Source of the DNA: Verrucomicrobiota bacterium
Lineage (GTDB): Bacteria > Chlamydiota > Chlamydiia > Chlamydiales > JAAKFR01
Direction: 5' to 3'
Assembly: GCA_018239815.1 (NCBI GenBank)
Contig: JAFEGP010000012.1
Location: 157-64,156 of the forward strand
DNA: 64,000 bases
The translations under genes were made by a program, and so were the position numbers. Positions within the stretch are counted from its first letter, which is position 1. The number at the start of each line of letters is the position of its first letter. Below the pieces are notes generated by a model. It was not told the origin of the DNA. It was given only the letters and a program-made list of their open reading frames with translations, and ran no database searches. Below are positions 17,102-27,203 of the stretch, piece by piece.

Positions 17102-18712
17102 ATGTATAGGACGATTTTTTTAATTTTTTGTGTTTGTCTAGCAAGCTGCAGCTCAAATCATAAAAACACTTCAGAACCTACCGTAAGAATTAATTTTCAT
17201 AGTGAACCTACATCCTTAGACCCAAGATTGGTAAGAGATCTGCCTTCCATGACAATCAGTCGTATGCTCTTTGAGGGTTTATTTCGGGCTAGTGATGATG
17301 GAGCAACACCTGCCTTAGCTCATTCCATGACTATCTCAGAAGACCTCTGCACTTATAGTTTTGAATTACGTCCTTCTTGTTGGTCTGATGGCTCTGCCGT
17401 GACTGCTTATGATTTTGAATATGCCTGGAAGTCCGTGCTTCATCCTCACTCCCTGTCAGAGTCAGCTCAACAACTTTTTATTATTGTTGGTGCAAAGGAA
17501 GCTAAATTAGGCAAAATCCCTACTCAAGATATCGGCGTTCAAGCTATCAATCAAAATGTATTAGTTGTACGCCTTGAACGCCCTGACCCCTATTTTCTAG
17601 AAAGATTATGCCACCCCGTGGCATGTCCTGTTCCCTCTAAACTCCTTAGCAAACAACCCAATTGGGATCATTGCTATAATAAAAATTTTGTCTGTAATGG
17701 ACCCTTTATTCTGGACAAATGGGAACACGGGGATCATCTGCGTGTAACAAAAAATCCCCTTTACTGGGATAAAAATGCCGTCCAACTCCACTCCATCTTC
17801 ATTACTATGGTAGAAGACGAACATACAGAGCTTAATATGTATGAAAATGGAGAGTTAGATTGGGCAGGCTCTCCTAATTCAAGCGTACCACCTGAAGCGC
17901 TTCCTCATCTTAAAACTCTGCTTCCTGATGAACTTTTCATCCAGCCTCTTGCAGGCACGTACTGCTACAAATTTAATACTAAATTACCTCCGTTTAATAA
18001 TGCTAAAATCCGCCAGGCGTTTTCTAGAGCCATTGAACGCCAACCTCTCATCGATAATATCTTACAAGCAGGTCAGCTGGCAGCATGCCATCTTATTCCT
18101 CCTTGCTTAAACATCGACCAAGGCGCATTTTGTACCTTGACACATCCAAGAGCACTGTTTGAAGAAGGACTTGAAGAAATGGGATGGACACGCCAAACCA
18201 TGCCGACAATTACCTTGATTTTTAGTCGTAGCGAAAAACACCAAAAAGTCGCTCAAGCTGTTCAACAACAGTGGAATCAGATTTTCGACATTAAAGTTAA
18301 TCTACAAAGCTATGAATGGAATATCTTTCTAGAAAAGCTTGCACGCGGTGAGTATCAGGTAGGTGGACGAGGATGGATTGGAGAATTTTCAGATCCTAAA
18401 TCTTTCCTTGAAATCTACTTATATGATAATCAACATGAATTGGGCAGTGGCAATGACACGGGTTGGGAAGACCCTCTATTTAGAACTCTACTAGAAAGAG
18501 CTGACCAAACAACGGACAAACACCTAAGGGATCAGCTATTAGCTGAAGCCGAATCTCGCCTACTTTCTAGCTGTGCCATCTCACCCATCTATCATTCTAC
18601 AGCTTGTTACCTTAAGAAGCCTTATCTGAAGAATGTTTATCTGTCTAAATTTTGTGATTTGGACTTTAAGACTGCCTATCTTGAAAATAGCAATGCTTCT
18701 TGTATGAGATAA
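17102..18712 (+). CDS. ABC transporter substrate-binding lipoprotein, peptide/oligopeptide (family 5, OppA-like)
   Basis: Lipoprotein signal (LIFCVCLASCSS) and family-5 SBP length and motifs (LDPRLVRD..S, LFEGLF, TAYDFEYAWK, NPLYWD). Confidence 0.85.
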   Translation: MYRTIFLIFCVCLASCSSNHKNTSEPTVRINFHSEPTSLDPRLVRDLPSMTISRMLFEGLFRASDDGATPALAHSMTISEDLCTYSFELRPSCWSDGSAVTAYDFEYAWKSVLHPHSLSESAQQLFIIVGAKEAKLGKIPTQDIGVQAINQNVLVVRLERPDPYFLERLCHPVACPVPSKLLSKQPNWDHCYNKNFVCNGPFILDKWEHGDHLRVTKNPLYWDKNAVQLHSIFITMVEDEHTELNMYENGELDWAGSPNSSVPPEALPHLKTLLPDELFIQPLAGTYCYKFNTKLPPFNNAKIRQAFSRAIERQPLIDNILQAGQLAACHLIPPCLNIDQGAFCTLTHPRALFEEGLEEMGWTRQTMPTITLIFSRSEKHQKVAQAVQQQWNQIFDIKVNLQSYEWNIFLEKLARGEYQVGGRGWIGEFSDPKSFLEIYLYDNQHELGSGNDTGWEDPLFRTLLERADQTTDKHLRDQLLAEAESRLLSSCAISPIYHSTACYLKKPYLKNVYLSKFCDLDFKTAYLENSNASCMR

Positions 18713-19944
18713 ATACCAATCCCCGCAAAGTATCCTAGACAAGCTATCCAAGAAATACGCTTAAAGTACCAAAGAAAATCAATTTTCTCCATGCCCATCC
18801 AGACAACACCTGCAGCTGAACCGATAATAAGGATGCTGCCACCAGTACCAGCAGCATAGGCTGTGAGTTGCCAAAGAGTAGAATTTGTAGGAAAGTCCTG
18901 TAAAGAGTACATCCCTAACACAGCTGCCACAAGTGGAACATTATCTATCACAGCTGAAAGCAACCCTATCACTGTGGCCAGCAGATATTCACTGCCCAAT
19001 GAATCTTTCATGAAATCAGCAATATGTTTCAAAATACCTGCAGCGGCCAAAGCATCAATAGCAAATAAAATTCCTAAGAAAAAGAAAATCCCTGAAAAAT
19101 CAATCTTATTCAACGCATGTGACACGCGCAGATGCCATCTTTCTTGCCCATAGCGAACATGCATTACATCTGTTAGAAGCCACATCAATCCCAGTCCTAT
19201 CAACGCTCCCATAAAAGGAGGAACATTTAACACTCCTTTCCATACTGGAATAAGAATTAAAGATCCTAAACCTAACCAAAACACATAGCGAGCCCCCGGC
19301 TCCATGGGACGATGTAAAAGATGACACTCTCGTTTCTGATGCTCCCCTCTTAAAAACAAAGAAAGAATACACCCGCTTACTAAAACATGTATGAGACTTG
19401 GCACAAAAAGCCACTTAACCATCTCTAATGTTGTTAAACGATGCTGAATCCATAGCATGGTTGTCGTTACATCCCCAATAGGGCTCCATGCACCCCCAGC
19501 GTTCACACTGATAACCATCATGGAACCAATCAACCATCTATCCTTTTCTTCCGGCACTAATTTTTTCAACAAAGAAGCCATCACAATCATGGTGGTCAAA
19601 TTGTCCAAAACCGCAGACATAAAAAATGATAAAAAAACTAACAACCACATTGTAAGTCGCTTAGAAGAAGTATAGATAAAATCCGTAAGAGTTTTAAAGC
19701 CGTGATGAGAATCGATAATTTCTACAATAATCATGGCAGAGAGAAGAAAAAAAATAATTTGTGCTACATCAGAAACTTGCTTAGTAAATAAATTAGCATC
19801 TGTAGAACGCTGTCCAAAATATAACAACCAACACCCTACTGCCATGACAAGAGCAAGAGCTGCTTTATTGACATGCAGAAATTTTTCAAAAATGATCGCA
19901 AGATAACCTAAGATAAAAAAAATAATAAGTATAGTGTTTAACAT
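18676..19944 (-). CDS. nhaD: NhaD-type Na+/H+ antiporter (ArsB/NhaD permease superfamily)
   Basis: About 11-12 TM segments. N-terminus ILGYLAIIFEKFLHVNKAALAL and LDNLTT / IDNVPL motifs are typical of NhaD/CitMHS-like permeases. Confidence 0.7.
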   Translation of the reverse strand: MLNTILIIFFILGYLAIIFEKFLHVNKAALALVMAVGCWLLYFGQRSTDANLFTKQVSDVAQIIFFLLSAMIIVEIIDSHHGFKTLTDFIYTSSKRLTMWLLVFLSFFMSAVLDNLTTMIVMASLLKKLVPEEKDRWLIGSMMVISVNAGGAWSPIGDVTTTMLWIQHRLTTLEMVKWLFVPSLIHVLVSGCILSLFLRGEHQKRECHLLHRPMEPGARYVFWLGLGSLILIPVWKGVLNVPPFMGALIGLGLMWLLTDVMHVRYGQERWHLRVSHALNKIDFSGIFFFLGILFAIDALAAAGILKHIADFMKDSLGSEYLLATVIGLLSAVIDNVPLVAAVLGMYSLQDFPTNSTLWQLTAYAAGTGGSILIIGSAAGVVWMGMEKIDFLWYFKRISWIACLGYFAGIGIYLIQEALLFSR

Positions 19945-20141
19945 GCGCTGCTTTGAAACTCCTAACTTCTTAAAAATAATTTAAGACTGTCTGAAAAAAA
20001 AATGTTGTACCCATTCTATGCGATACAAGAGCCAATATTGGAAAATAAGTGGTAAATTTTATCAAAATATTCAAGCTAAGCTTGACAAGGACGAAACAGA
20101 TCATAGAAAATGCACTATAGATTTCCAAAGCATTTATACTC

Positions 20142-21854
20142 ATGTATACTTCTTCAACTTTTCGCCAACGCATCAAAACCCTTGTCCCCAAATCAGTACA
20201 GTGCTTACGGGCAAAATATTCTGTCAAAGCATTTTTTAAAGACGTCTTTGCTGGTTGCAATGTTGGCATTATAGCCTTTCCTCTATCTATTGCTTGTGCC
20301 ATCGGGGCCAACATTGATCCTGAACGTGGATTATTTACAGGTGTTGTAGCAGGATTCCTGATCTCTCTTTTAGGCGGTAGCCGCGTACAAATAGGTGGTC
20401 CATCCAGCACATTCATTGTCATCATGTATGGTATCATGCTACGCCATGGCTTAGATGGCATGCTCATGGCAACCTTCCTAGCGGGAATTATTCTTATTCT
20501 TTTTGGCTTAGCAGGCTTTGGTGCTTACATTAAATATATTCCTTACACCGTTGTCACAGGACTGACAACAGGGATTGCTGTTGTCTTGTTTTCTTCTCAA
20601 TTTAAAAATTTTCTTGGCCTTGAGATGGGCAATGTACCCGTTGATTTTGTCTCTAAATGGCAAGCTTATTGGGAAAATTTACATACCTTTAATCCTTTGG
20701 CTTTGACAATTGGCTTGTCCACTTTGTTTATTATGATCTACTTAAGACGTTACAAGGCATCTTTCCCCAGTTCTTTGGTTGCCTTGACAATTGTAACGTT
20801 GATTTCAACTATCTTTCATTTAGATATTGAAACCATTGGAAGCAAATATGGTATGTTGCCTCGCTCGCTGCCACATCCCAGTTTGCCTCATTTTGAATTT
20901 CATGAGATTTTGAATCTTGTCCCTGATGCTTTAACTTTGGCTATCTTAGCGGGTATTGAATCGTTACTTTCAGCAGTTGTAGCTGAAGGCATGACAGGCT
21001 GGAAACACCAATCTAATTGTGAACTTATCGCTCAGGGCCTTGCTAATATTGGATCTGGTCTTTTTGGAGGCATGCCCGCAACGGGATCTTTATCTCGCAC
21101 AGCTGCTAATATTAAATCAGGAGCCTCAACCCCTGTAAGTGGCATGGTTCATGCCGGTGTTATCTTTCTGCTCATGTTTCTCTTCGCTCCACTTGTGAGT
21201 TGCATTCCTCTTTCCGCTCTTGCAGCAGTCCTCATTATTATCTCATGGAACATGAGCCAAATCCGACATTTTTTACACTTGTTCACAGCTCCTAAACGTG
21301 ATGTTTTTACTCTTCTTACAGTCTTTACCTTAACCGTCTTAATTGATCTCACAGCAGCTGTCCAAGTTGGCATGATTGTCGCCGCTTTTCTTTTTATGAA
21401 ACAAATGAGCGATCTTTCAGGAGTAGTTTCTAATATCAGAAAAACAGATAAAGAGACTTCCGAAGACCTAGATGCTATTCCTTGGCAAGACATCCCCATA
21501 GATGTCGAATTATATGAAATCAATGGACCTTTCTTTTTCGGTGTCACAGACAGACTTAAAAATGTTCTCAATGAATTAGAAAAGCCTCCAAAAATTTTTA
21601 TTTTGAGAATGTGCCATGTTCCAACCATTGACGCTTCTGGCATGCATGCTCTGGAAGAATTCTATTTAGAATGCCATCGCCAAAAAACGCTTTTGATTCT
21701 TTCTGGAGTTCAAGGTGCCGTCTTGAGAGATCTTAAACGCTATCGAATCGATGAACTCATCGGAGAAGATCATATCTTTTCTCATCTGACTACAGCTCTA
21801 GAATTTTCTAGAGAATATCTACGTATCGAGCGATTTAAAGCGTCCGTTCTCTAA
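20142..21854 (+). CDS. SulP-family anion transporter with C-terminal STAS domain (YchM-like)
   Basis: SulP membrane core (GIIAFPLSIA.A...G..PE.GL, GGPS..F) and a STAS domain (LYEINGPFFFGV...ILRM..VP.IDASG...L). Confidence 0.9.
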   Translation: MYTSSTFRQRIKTLVPKSVQCLRAKYSVKAFFKDVFAGCNVGIIAFPLSIACAIGANIDPERGLFTGVVAGFLISLLGGSRVQIGGPSSTFIVIMYGIMLRHGLDGMLMATFLAGIILILFGLAGFGAYIKYIPYTVVTGLTTGIAVVLFSSQFKNFLGLEMGNVPVDFVSKWQAYWENLHTFNPLALTIGLSTLFIMIYLRRYKASFPSSLVALTIVTLISTIFHLDIETIGSKYGMLPRSLPHPSLPHFEFHEILNLVPDALTLAILAGIESLLSAVVAEGMTGWKHQSNCELIAQGLANIGSGLFGGMPATGSLSRTAANIKSGASTPVSGMVHAGVIFLLMFLFAPLVSCIPLSALAAVLIIISWNMSQIRHFLHLFTAPKRDVFTLLTVFTLTVLIDLTAAVQVGMIVAAFLFMKQMSDLSGVVSNIRKTDKETSEDLDAIPWQDIPIDVELYEINGPFFFGVTDRLKNVLNELEKPPKIFILRMCHVPTIDASGMHALEEFYLECHRQKTLLILSGVQGAVLRDLKRYRIDELIGEDHIFSHLTTALEFSREYLRIERFKASVL

Positions 21855-21971
21855 ATCTCTTCTCAATCTTACTTAATCTCTTAACACAACCATCGATGAG
21901 CTTAAGATTGCTGTCTTGAAAAAATTATCCTCTATGAATATAAAAAGTTTTTCAAAATACTTAGAAAACAT

Positions 21972-24545
21972 ATGTTTCCAAACGAAAAGACTCTTCTCTC
22001 CTACGTGTTTACTCTCATTTTTCAATCCGTCTCCTTTGCCTTAATCTTAATAGGCAGCATTGTTATTGTGGGTATTTTCACAGATAACCCCTCTCTGGTT
22101 TATCTTAAAACCCCCTTTCCACCTATGGTTGCTAATACAGCCCTTTGTTTCATTCTGAGTGGGTTATCCATGTTGTGTTTTAGTCGATCTTATAAAAAAA
22201 CAACCGTTGTCTTAGCGAGTTTAGTCCTAATCATTAACTTATTAACCCTAATCGAACACCTTTTTCATATTAATTTAAGTATTGATGTTTTGTTATTTTC
22301 TCATGCTGAGCGTTATTACCAAGTATTAGATCCTGGAAGAATAGCTTTTAACACTTCTATTTGTTTTATACTAAGTAGTTTATCTATAATTTTAAGCGTT
22401 CTTCCCTATAGCCATGTTTTATCCGTTCTCATTGAAATTATTACTGGTGGAGTAGCGGCTATTGCGGCCATTTCTTTATTTGGTTATCTTACAGGCATCA
22501 CCTTCCTTATAAACTGGGTCGGCTCAAAAGGCATGGCCCTTCATACCTCATTCGGACTCATTTTACTAGGACTTGCAATCTTCCATTACCATTTCCTAAG
22601 AGCTCTATACGCAGAAAGGCTACTCTTTGCCCCTTTGATAGGAACTCTCTTTCTAAGCCTCAGTATTACTTTCACAATGTGGGGTGCGTCTCTTTCTCAA
22701 CAATCCCAATATATTCACAATTTAACTTATAATAATGCAAATTATCTTGCACATGCTCTACAGATAGATCTGCGTCATATCATAGCAGCTCTCTCCCTTA
22801 CAACTGCTCATTGGCAAACTTTAGATCATTTTAACTCACAACTCTTAAATATTGATGCTAAAAATCACTTACAAGACCTTCCTGGTTTAATTTCCATTTC
22901 GATCTATAACTCTAATCTTAATCTACATGATTTTTTTATTAATCCAAGCTATGCAGTTTCCGGACAAACGGATGATCAAGCTCTTATCACTCTACTTTCC
23001 AATTTTAAAGAAAAAGAATTCGACGAACCTGTTCTGATTGTTTCTGCTCAAAAAAACATCTTGGTAGCTTTTCCTCTCTTAAATACAAATTATCAATTTT
23101 TAGGTATTTTACTTGCTGACATTGATCTGCCTGCTTTTGTCGATCAAATCATCCCAGATTTTATATCCAATTCCTACATTTTGGAAGTGTTTGATAAAGA
23201 ACAGCTTATTTACAAAGAACGGCCTTTTGCTGATGCGAAGCCTATTGCAGAAAAAATCTCTGTGTCTATAAATTCTCCTTTAGGAGAGTGGACTGTTATT
23301 TTAACTCCCACACAGTATCTACTTTTTCCTTTGCAGTCTTCTTTCCCCACCTTCATTCTTATCTTAGGACTTTTTGTAAGCAGTGTTATGACCATTATGA
23401 TCATCATTGCTCAAGGGATTTCACTTTCTAAAACTAAACTAGCCGTAGCTTTAAAAGATAAAGAAGAGGCTCTTGCCTATCGCCAAGCCATCCTGGACAG
23501 CACACGTGCCACGATCATTACCACTAACCACGAAGGCACGATACTTTCTTTTAACAAATCTGCTGAGCGCATGTTACTTTGGAAAGCAGAAGAATTGGTA
23601 GATCGCTGCTCCCCCGAAATCTTTCATGATAAGAAGGAGATATTCTCACGCGCTGCAGAACTATCTGAGCAATTGCACCGCAATATCGAACCAGGCTTTG
23701 AGGTCTTTATAGCTTTAACAAAACTAGGACAAGTCGACAACAAAGAATGGACATATATTCGTAAGGATGGTTCACGGTTCCCTGTGCAGCTTTCCATTAC
23801 AGCCGTGAGAAACCCTAAGGGAGATATTCTTGGTTTTATGGGCATTGCCTCTGATCTGACAGATTTTAAAGAGCTTGAGAGATTACGAAAAGAACTGATT
23901 ACCATAACTAGCCATGAAATGCGTTCTCCTTTAGCCTCCATTAAAGGTTCTTTAGATATCTTATCTCAACAGTCTTTAAGTGAAGAAGCCAAACAACTTG
24001 TCAAGATTGCACATAAAAATTGCGAAAGACTCGTCACGCTGACAACTGATATTTTAGATCTACACAAAATAGAAGCAGGAAAACTAGAGTTCCATTTTAC
24101 CGATTTCTCTCTTGTAGACCTTATTCAACAGTGTATTGAAAACAATTCTCCTCTTGCTCTGCAAAATCATATGACCTTAGAAGCACCTTCAACTATCCCC
24201 TCCTGTCTTATACATGGAGACAAAGACCGACTTATGCAAGTCATTACAAACCTTATCTCAAATGCTGTTAAGTATTCCCCTGAACTTGGGAAAATTTCCT
24301 TTGTCCTATTGGAAAAAGGCTCTTTTATTCGCATCGGCATCAAAGACCAAGGCCCGGGCATCCCTCAAGAATTTCAACACCTCCTCTTTCAAAAATTCGC
24401 TCAACTTCCTACATCAAAGAAAGAAGGATCTGGCCTTGGATTAAGCATTTCTCAAGCCATTGTGCAAGCTCATGGAGGCATTATGGGCTTTGAGACAAGC
24501 CCAGAAGGCAGCCTCTTTTGGTTCGAAATTCCTATTCATAAATAG
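21972..24545 (+). CDS. multi-pass membrane sensor histidine kinase (PAS + HisKA + HATPase_c)
   Basis: Many N-terminal TM segments. PAS-like region (YRQAILDSTRATIITTNHEGTILSFNKSAERMLLW). H-box ITSHEMRSPLASIKG. N/G boxes ISNAVKYSP, DQGPGIP, GSGLGLSI. Confidence 0.9.
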   Translation: MFPNEKTLLSYVFTLIFQSVSFALILIGSIVIVGIFTDNPSLVYLKTPFPPMVANTALCFILSGLSMLCFSRSYKKTTVVLASLVLIINLLTLIEHLFHINLSIDVLLFSHAERYYQVLDPGRIAFNTSICFILSSLSIILSVLPYSHVLSVLIEIITGGVAAIAAISLFGYLTGITFLINWVGSKGMALHTSFGLILLGLAIFHYHFLRALYAERLLFAPLIGTLFLSLSITFTMWGASLSQQSQYIHNLTYNNANYLAHALQIDLRHIIAALSLTTAHWQTLDHFNSQLLNIDAKNHLQDLPGLISISIYNSNLNLHDFFINPSYAVSGQTDDQALITLLSNFKEKEFDEPVLIVSAQKNILVAFPLLNTNYQFLGILLADIDLPAFVDQIIPDFISNSYILEVFDKEQLIYKERPFADAKPIAEKISVSINSPLGEWTVILTPTQYLLFPLQSSFPTFILILGLFVSSVMTIMIIIAQGISLSKTKLAVALKDKEEALAYRQAILDSTRATIITTNHEGTILSFNKSAERMLLWKAEELVDRCSPEIFHDKKEIFSRAAELSEQLHRNIEPGFEVFIALTKLGQVDNKEWTYIRKDGSRFPVQLSITAVRNPKGDILGFMGIASDLTDFKELERLRKELITITSHEMRSPLASIKGSLDILSQQSLSEEAKQLVKIAHKNCERLVTLTTDILDLHKIEAGKLEFHFTDFSLVDLIQQCIENNSPLALQNHMTLEAPSTIPSCLIHGDKDRLMQVITNLISNAVKYSPELGKISFVLLEKGSFIRIGIKDQGPGIPQEFQHLLFQKFAQLPTSKKEGSGLGLSISQAIVQAHGGIMGFETSPEGSLFWFEIPIHK

Positions 24546-24604
24546 TAAAATCTTAAAACATCTTTGAAATTTTTAGATGCAAAACTGTTGACTTTTTTCA
24601 ATTT

Positions 24605-26305
24605 TTGTTATGTAATTCCCACAGCTTGAGAAACCTCATTGTCTTTGCTTTTATTCTTTTGCTATTAGGAATCTGGGAACTTTTAACCTTCCATCAGCCC
24701 TCTTTGTACTTTGTCTTACCTCCTCCTTCAAAAATTTTACACACACTTTATGTGATGAAAGAACGCTTTTTCTTTCATTCAATGATGACTTTAAAGGAAA
24801 TCATCCTTGGTTTTCTTCTGGCATGCAGTGTCGCCTTTCCCCTTGCTTGGTGTATGTTCCGCTTTAAATCCACAAGCCTGGTATTACAACCTCTTTTTGT
24901 GCTTATTCAATGCATTCCTATGTTCACGTTAGCCCCTCTTATGGTCATTTGGTTTGGCTGGGGACTCACGGCCATTATCGTGCCTACCGCTTTGATGATC
25001 TTCTTTCCCTTAACACTTAACTTCTATCAAGGTTTACGCTCAACACCCCAACCCCTTGTCGAATTTTTTCAGCTAAATGGAGCCACACAATGGCAGATGT
25101 TCTTTAAATTACGCTTGCCAGCCGCTCTTCCTTATCTCTTCTGCGGATTACGCCTATCTGCAGCCATCGCTGGAGTCGGTGCCGTGGCCGGTGAATGGGC
25201 AGGAGCTCAATGTGGTCTTGGAATTTTAATGCTAGAAAGCAGACGTAATTCTGACTTAGAAATTACATTTGGTGCCCTAGTATGTTTATCGCTGATCACA
25301 CTGTCTCTATATGTCTGCACGTTAATAACAGAGAACCTGTGCCGTCGCCAATACAAACTCCATTCTCATATCCTTATTCCCTTCATTGCATTGTCCTGCC
25401 TTGTAGGGTGCTCAAAACCCACTAAAACAACTTTATTGTTAGATTGGCTACCTACCCCCAATCACATCCCTCTTTATGTAGCAATAGATCAAGGATACTT
25501 TGAAGAACAAGATATCCATCTTGTCATTCATAAGATGTTTGACAATGGCGGTGGAATGAGCTACTTAACAAGCCATAAAGTAGACCTGCTACTTGCTCAT
25601 CTACCCGGTACCCTTAAGGCTTCTTCTTTAGGAGCAGACTTACGCATTGTAGCAGTTTTAATTCCACAGCCCCTAAGGGGTCTTATCTATAAAAAAAACT
25701 CCTCCGTCTTATATCCTGAACACCTCAGTGGAACACGCCTTGGATATTGCATCGGAGGCCCCGATACCATCTTTTTGGATTATTTGCTCCAACAAGGCAA
25801 GATCTCACCTTCATCTCGTAAAAATGTCAGCGCTGACCTTGTTGCAGCCCTAGGAACCGGAGCTGTTGATACAATCTATGGTGGATTTTGGAATATTGAA
25901 CCCTATCAATTAGAAGCTCTTGGCATCCCCACTTCCTACTTTCCTATTGAACATCTCAATGTGCCTAGCTACCAAGAAATTGTTGTCTTAGCTAACGCAC
26001 AAAGCCCACAAACTCAACCCAATTTTGTGCAGGCCTTCCGTACCGCCCTAGAAAAAAGCGTGGCTTATTGCCAACAAGATCCCCAAGAAGCCTTTAAAAT
26101 TTACCTGCGCTACAATCCAGATAAATCTACCATGACAAAATCATGGGAACAAAAATCATGGGAAAAAACAGTGTCCCTTTTTCCCACCAAACAATCTATT
26201 TCCCATCAGGACATCAAAAAATTTTACGCATGGCAATTTGAACAACGCATTTTATCACAAACAGTTAACATTGACGCCTTACTTTCCCTCTATCCAGAAG
26301 CATGA
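24605..26305 (+). CDS. ABC transporter permease fused to an NMT1/THI5-like (ThiY/SsuA-type) substrate-binding domain
   Basis: The N-terminal ~250 aa is a TauC/SsuC/ThiX-type permease (first TM LLLLGIWELLTF; EAA-like region LRLPAALPYLFCGLRLSAAIAGVGAVAGEW). The C-terminal ~300 aa has LLLDWLPTPNHIPLYVAIDQGYFEEQDI, typical of NMT1-like binding proteins. TTG start. No ATPase gene is adjacent. Confidence 0.75.
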   Translation: MLCNSHSLRNLIVFAFILLLLGIWELLTFHQPSLYFVLPPPSKILHTLYVMKERFFFHSMMTLKEIILGFLLACSVAFPLAWCMFRFKSTSLVLQPLFVLIQCIPMFTLAPLMVIWFGWGLTAIIVPTALMIFFPLTLNFYQGLRSTPQPLVEFFQLNGATQWQMFFKLRLPAALPYLFCGLRLSAAIAGVGAVAGEWAGAQCGLGILMLESRRNSDLEITFGALVCLSLITLSLYVCTLITENLCRRQYKLHSHILIPFIALSCLVGCSKPTKTTLLLDWLPTPNHIPLYVAIDQGYFEEQDIHLVIHKMFDNGGGMSYLTSHKVDLLLAHLPGTLKASSLGADLRIVAVLIPQPLRGLIYKKNSSVLYPEHLSGTRLGYCIGGPDTIFLDYLLQQGKISPSSRKNVSADLVAALGTGAVDTIYGGFWNIEPYQLEALGIPTSYFPIEHLNVPSYQEIVVLANAQSPQTQPNFVQAFRTALEKSVAYCQQDPQEAFKIYLRYNPDKSTMTKSWEQKSWEKTVSLFPTKQSISHQDIKKFYAWQFEQRILSQTVNIDALLSLYPEA

Positions 26306-26327
26306 TTGATCTGCTAAGATAGCTCCT

Positions 26328-27203
26328 ATGGGGGCAAGATTAATTATCCTTTACATAGGATCTTATGAAGATGCAAATAAAATACGTGCTTTGGTACGCC
26401 AAACCCCTTATAAAGGCTCCCCTACCTATCACGCCCTAAACGTAGCAAATGTCTGTCTAACAAGGCAGTATGATCTTATTATTTCCAATTTTGCTGAAGG
26501 TGTGGAAACCCTGCTTTTTCTGAAACAAGCCTTTCCAGGTATACCCATTCTTTATTTCGGCAATGACACAGCACTAGCTAATCAAGCAGTTTCCTTAGGA
26601 GCTCAAGACCATATAGTTAAGTCTGGCATTAAAGTTGATACACTCACTCGCATTGTGACCTTTGCCCGTGAACGTGAAGAACATACAGAACAACTGCGCA
26701 CCAAAACTTTCACAGATGAATTAACAGGTCTATATAACCGACGCGGTTTTATCACTTTACTAGAACAACAAATGGAATTGGCAAAACGCACGGGTCAAGG
26801 TTTCATGCTTTTTCTTTTTGATTTAGATCTTTTTAAACAAATCAATGATCGCTTCGGCCACTTAGTCGGTGATGAAGCTCTGATTCAAACCGCACAATGC
26901 TTATGCAAATCTTTTCGCTCTCATGATATCATTGCCCGTATTGGCGGAGATGAATTTGCCGTCTTAGCTCTTAACAGTCGCCCCGAGGGACAATCTCTGT
27001 TCAAACGCCATCTGTTCTTACGTCTTAAAGAACTCAATGCCAATCCCAACTGTCCCTACTCCTTATCCTGCAGCATTGGCAGTGCTCATTATGACGGGAA
27101 TGGAAGAACTATGAAAGAGCTACTTAATCAAGCAGACAAAGACCTCTACAAAGATAAAAAGAAACGTCACTGCTTACTATTAGGTCGAGAAGACAAAATA
27201 TGA
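26328..27203 (+). CDS. diguanylate cyclase (GGDEF) with a degenerate receiver-like N-terminal domain
   Basis: Intact GGDEF (ARIGGDEFAV) with an RxxD I-site five residues upstream (RSHD) and DELTGLYNRRGF. The N-terminal REC-like fold has Asn where the phospho-acceptor Asp is expected (YDLIISNF) and lacks the acidic pair. Confidence 0.85.
   Translation: MGARLIILYIGSYEDANKIRALVRQTPYKGSPTYHALNVANVCLTRQYDLIISNFAEGVETLLFLKQAFPGIPILYFGNDTALANQAVSLGAQDHIVKSGIKVDTLTRIVTFAREREEHTEQLRTKTFTDELTGLYNRRGFITLLEQQMELAKRTGQGFMLFLFDLDLFKQINDRFGHLVGDEALIQTAQCLCKSFRSHDIIARIGGDEFAVLALNSRPEGQSLFKRHLFLRLKELNANPNCPYSLSCSIGSAHYDGNGRTMKELLNQADKDLYKDKKKRHCLLLGREDKI

Noticed and set aside
19970-20467. 165-aa minus-strand ORF across the nhaD/sulP intergenic region and the sulP 5' end
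   Set aside because: It is antisense to the well-supported SulP N-terminus, has no motifs and looks like a shadow ORF. The same reasoning applies to 21149-21643, 23624-23941, 24167-24361 and similar antisense ORFs in the kinase and SulP genes.
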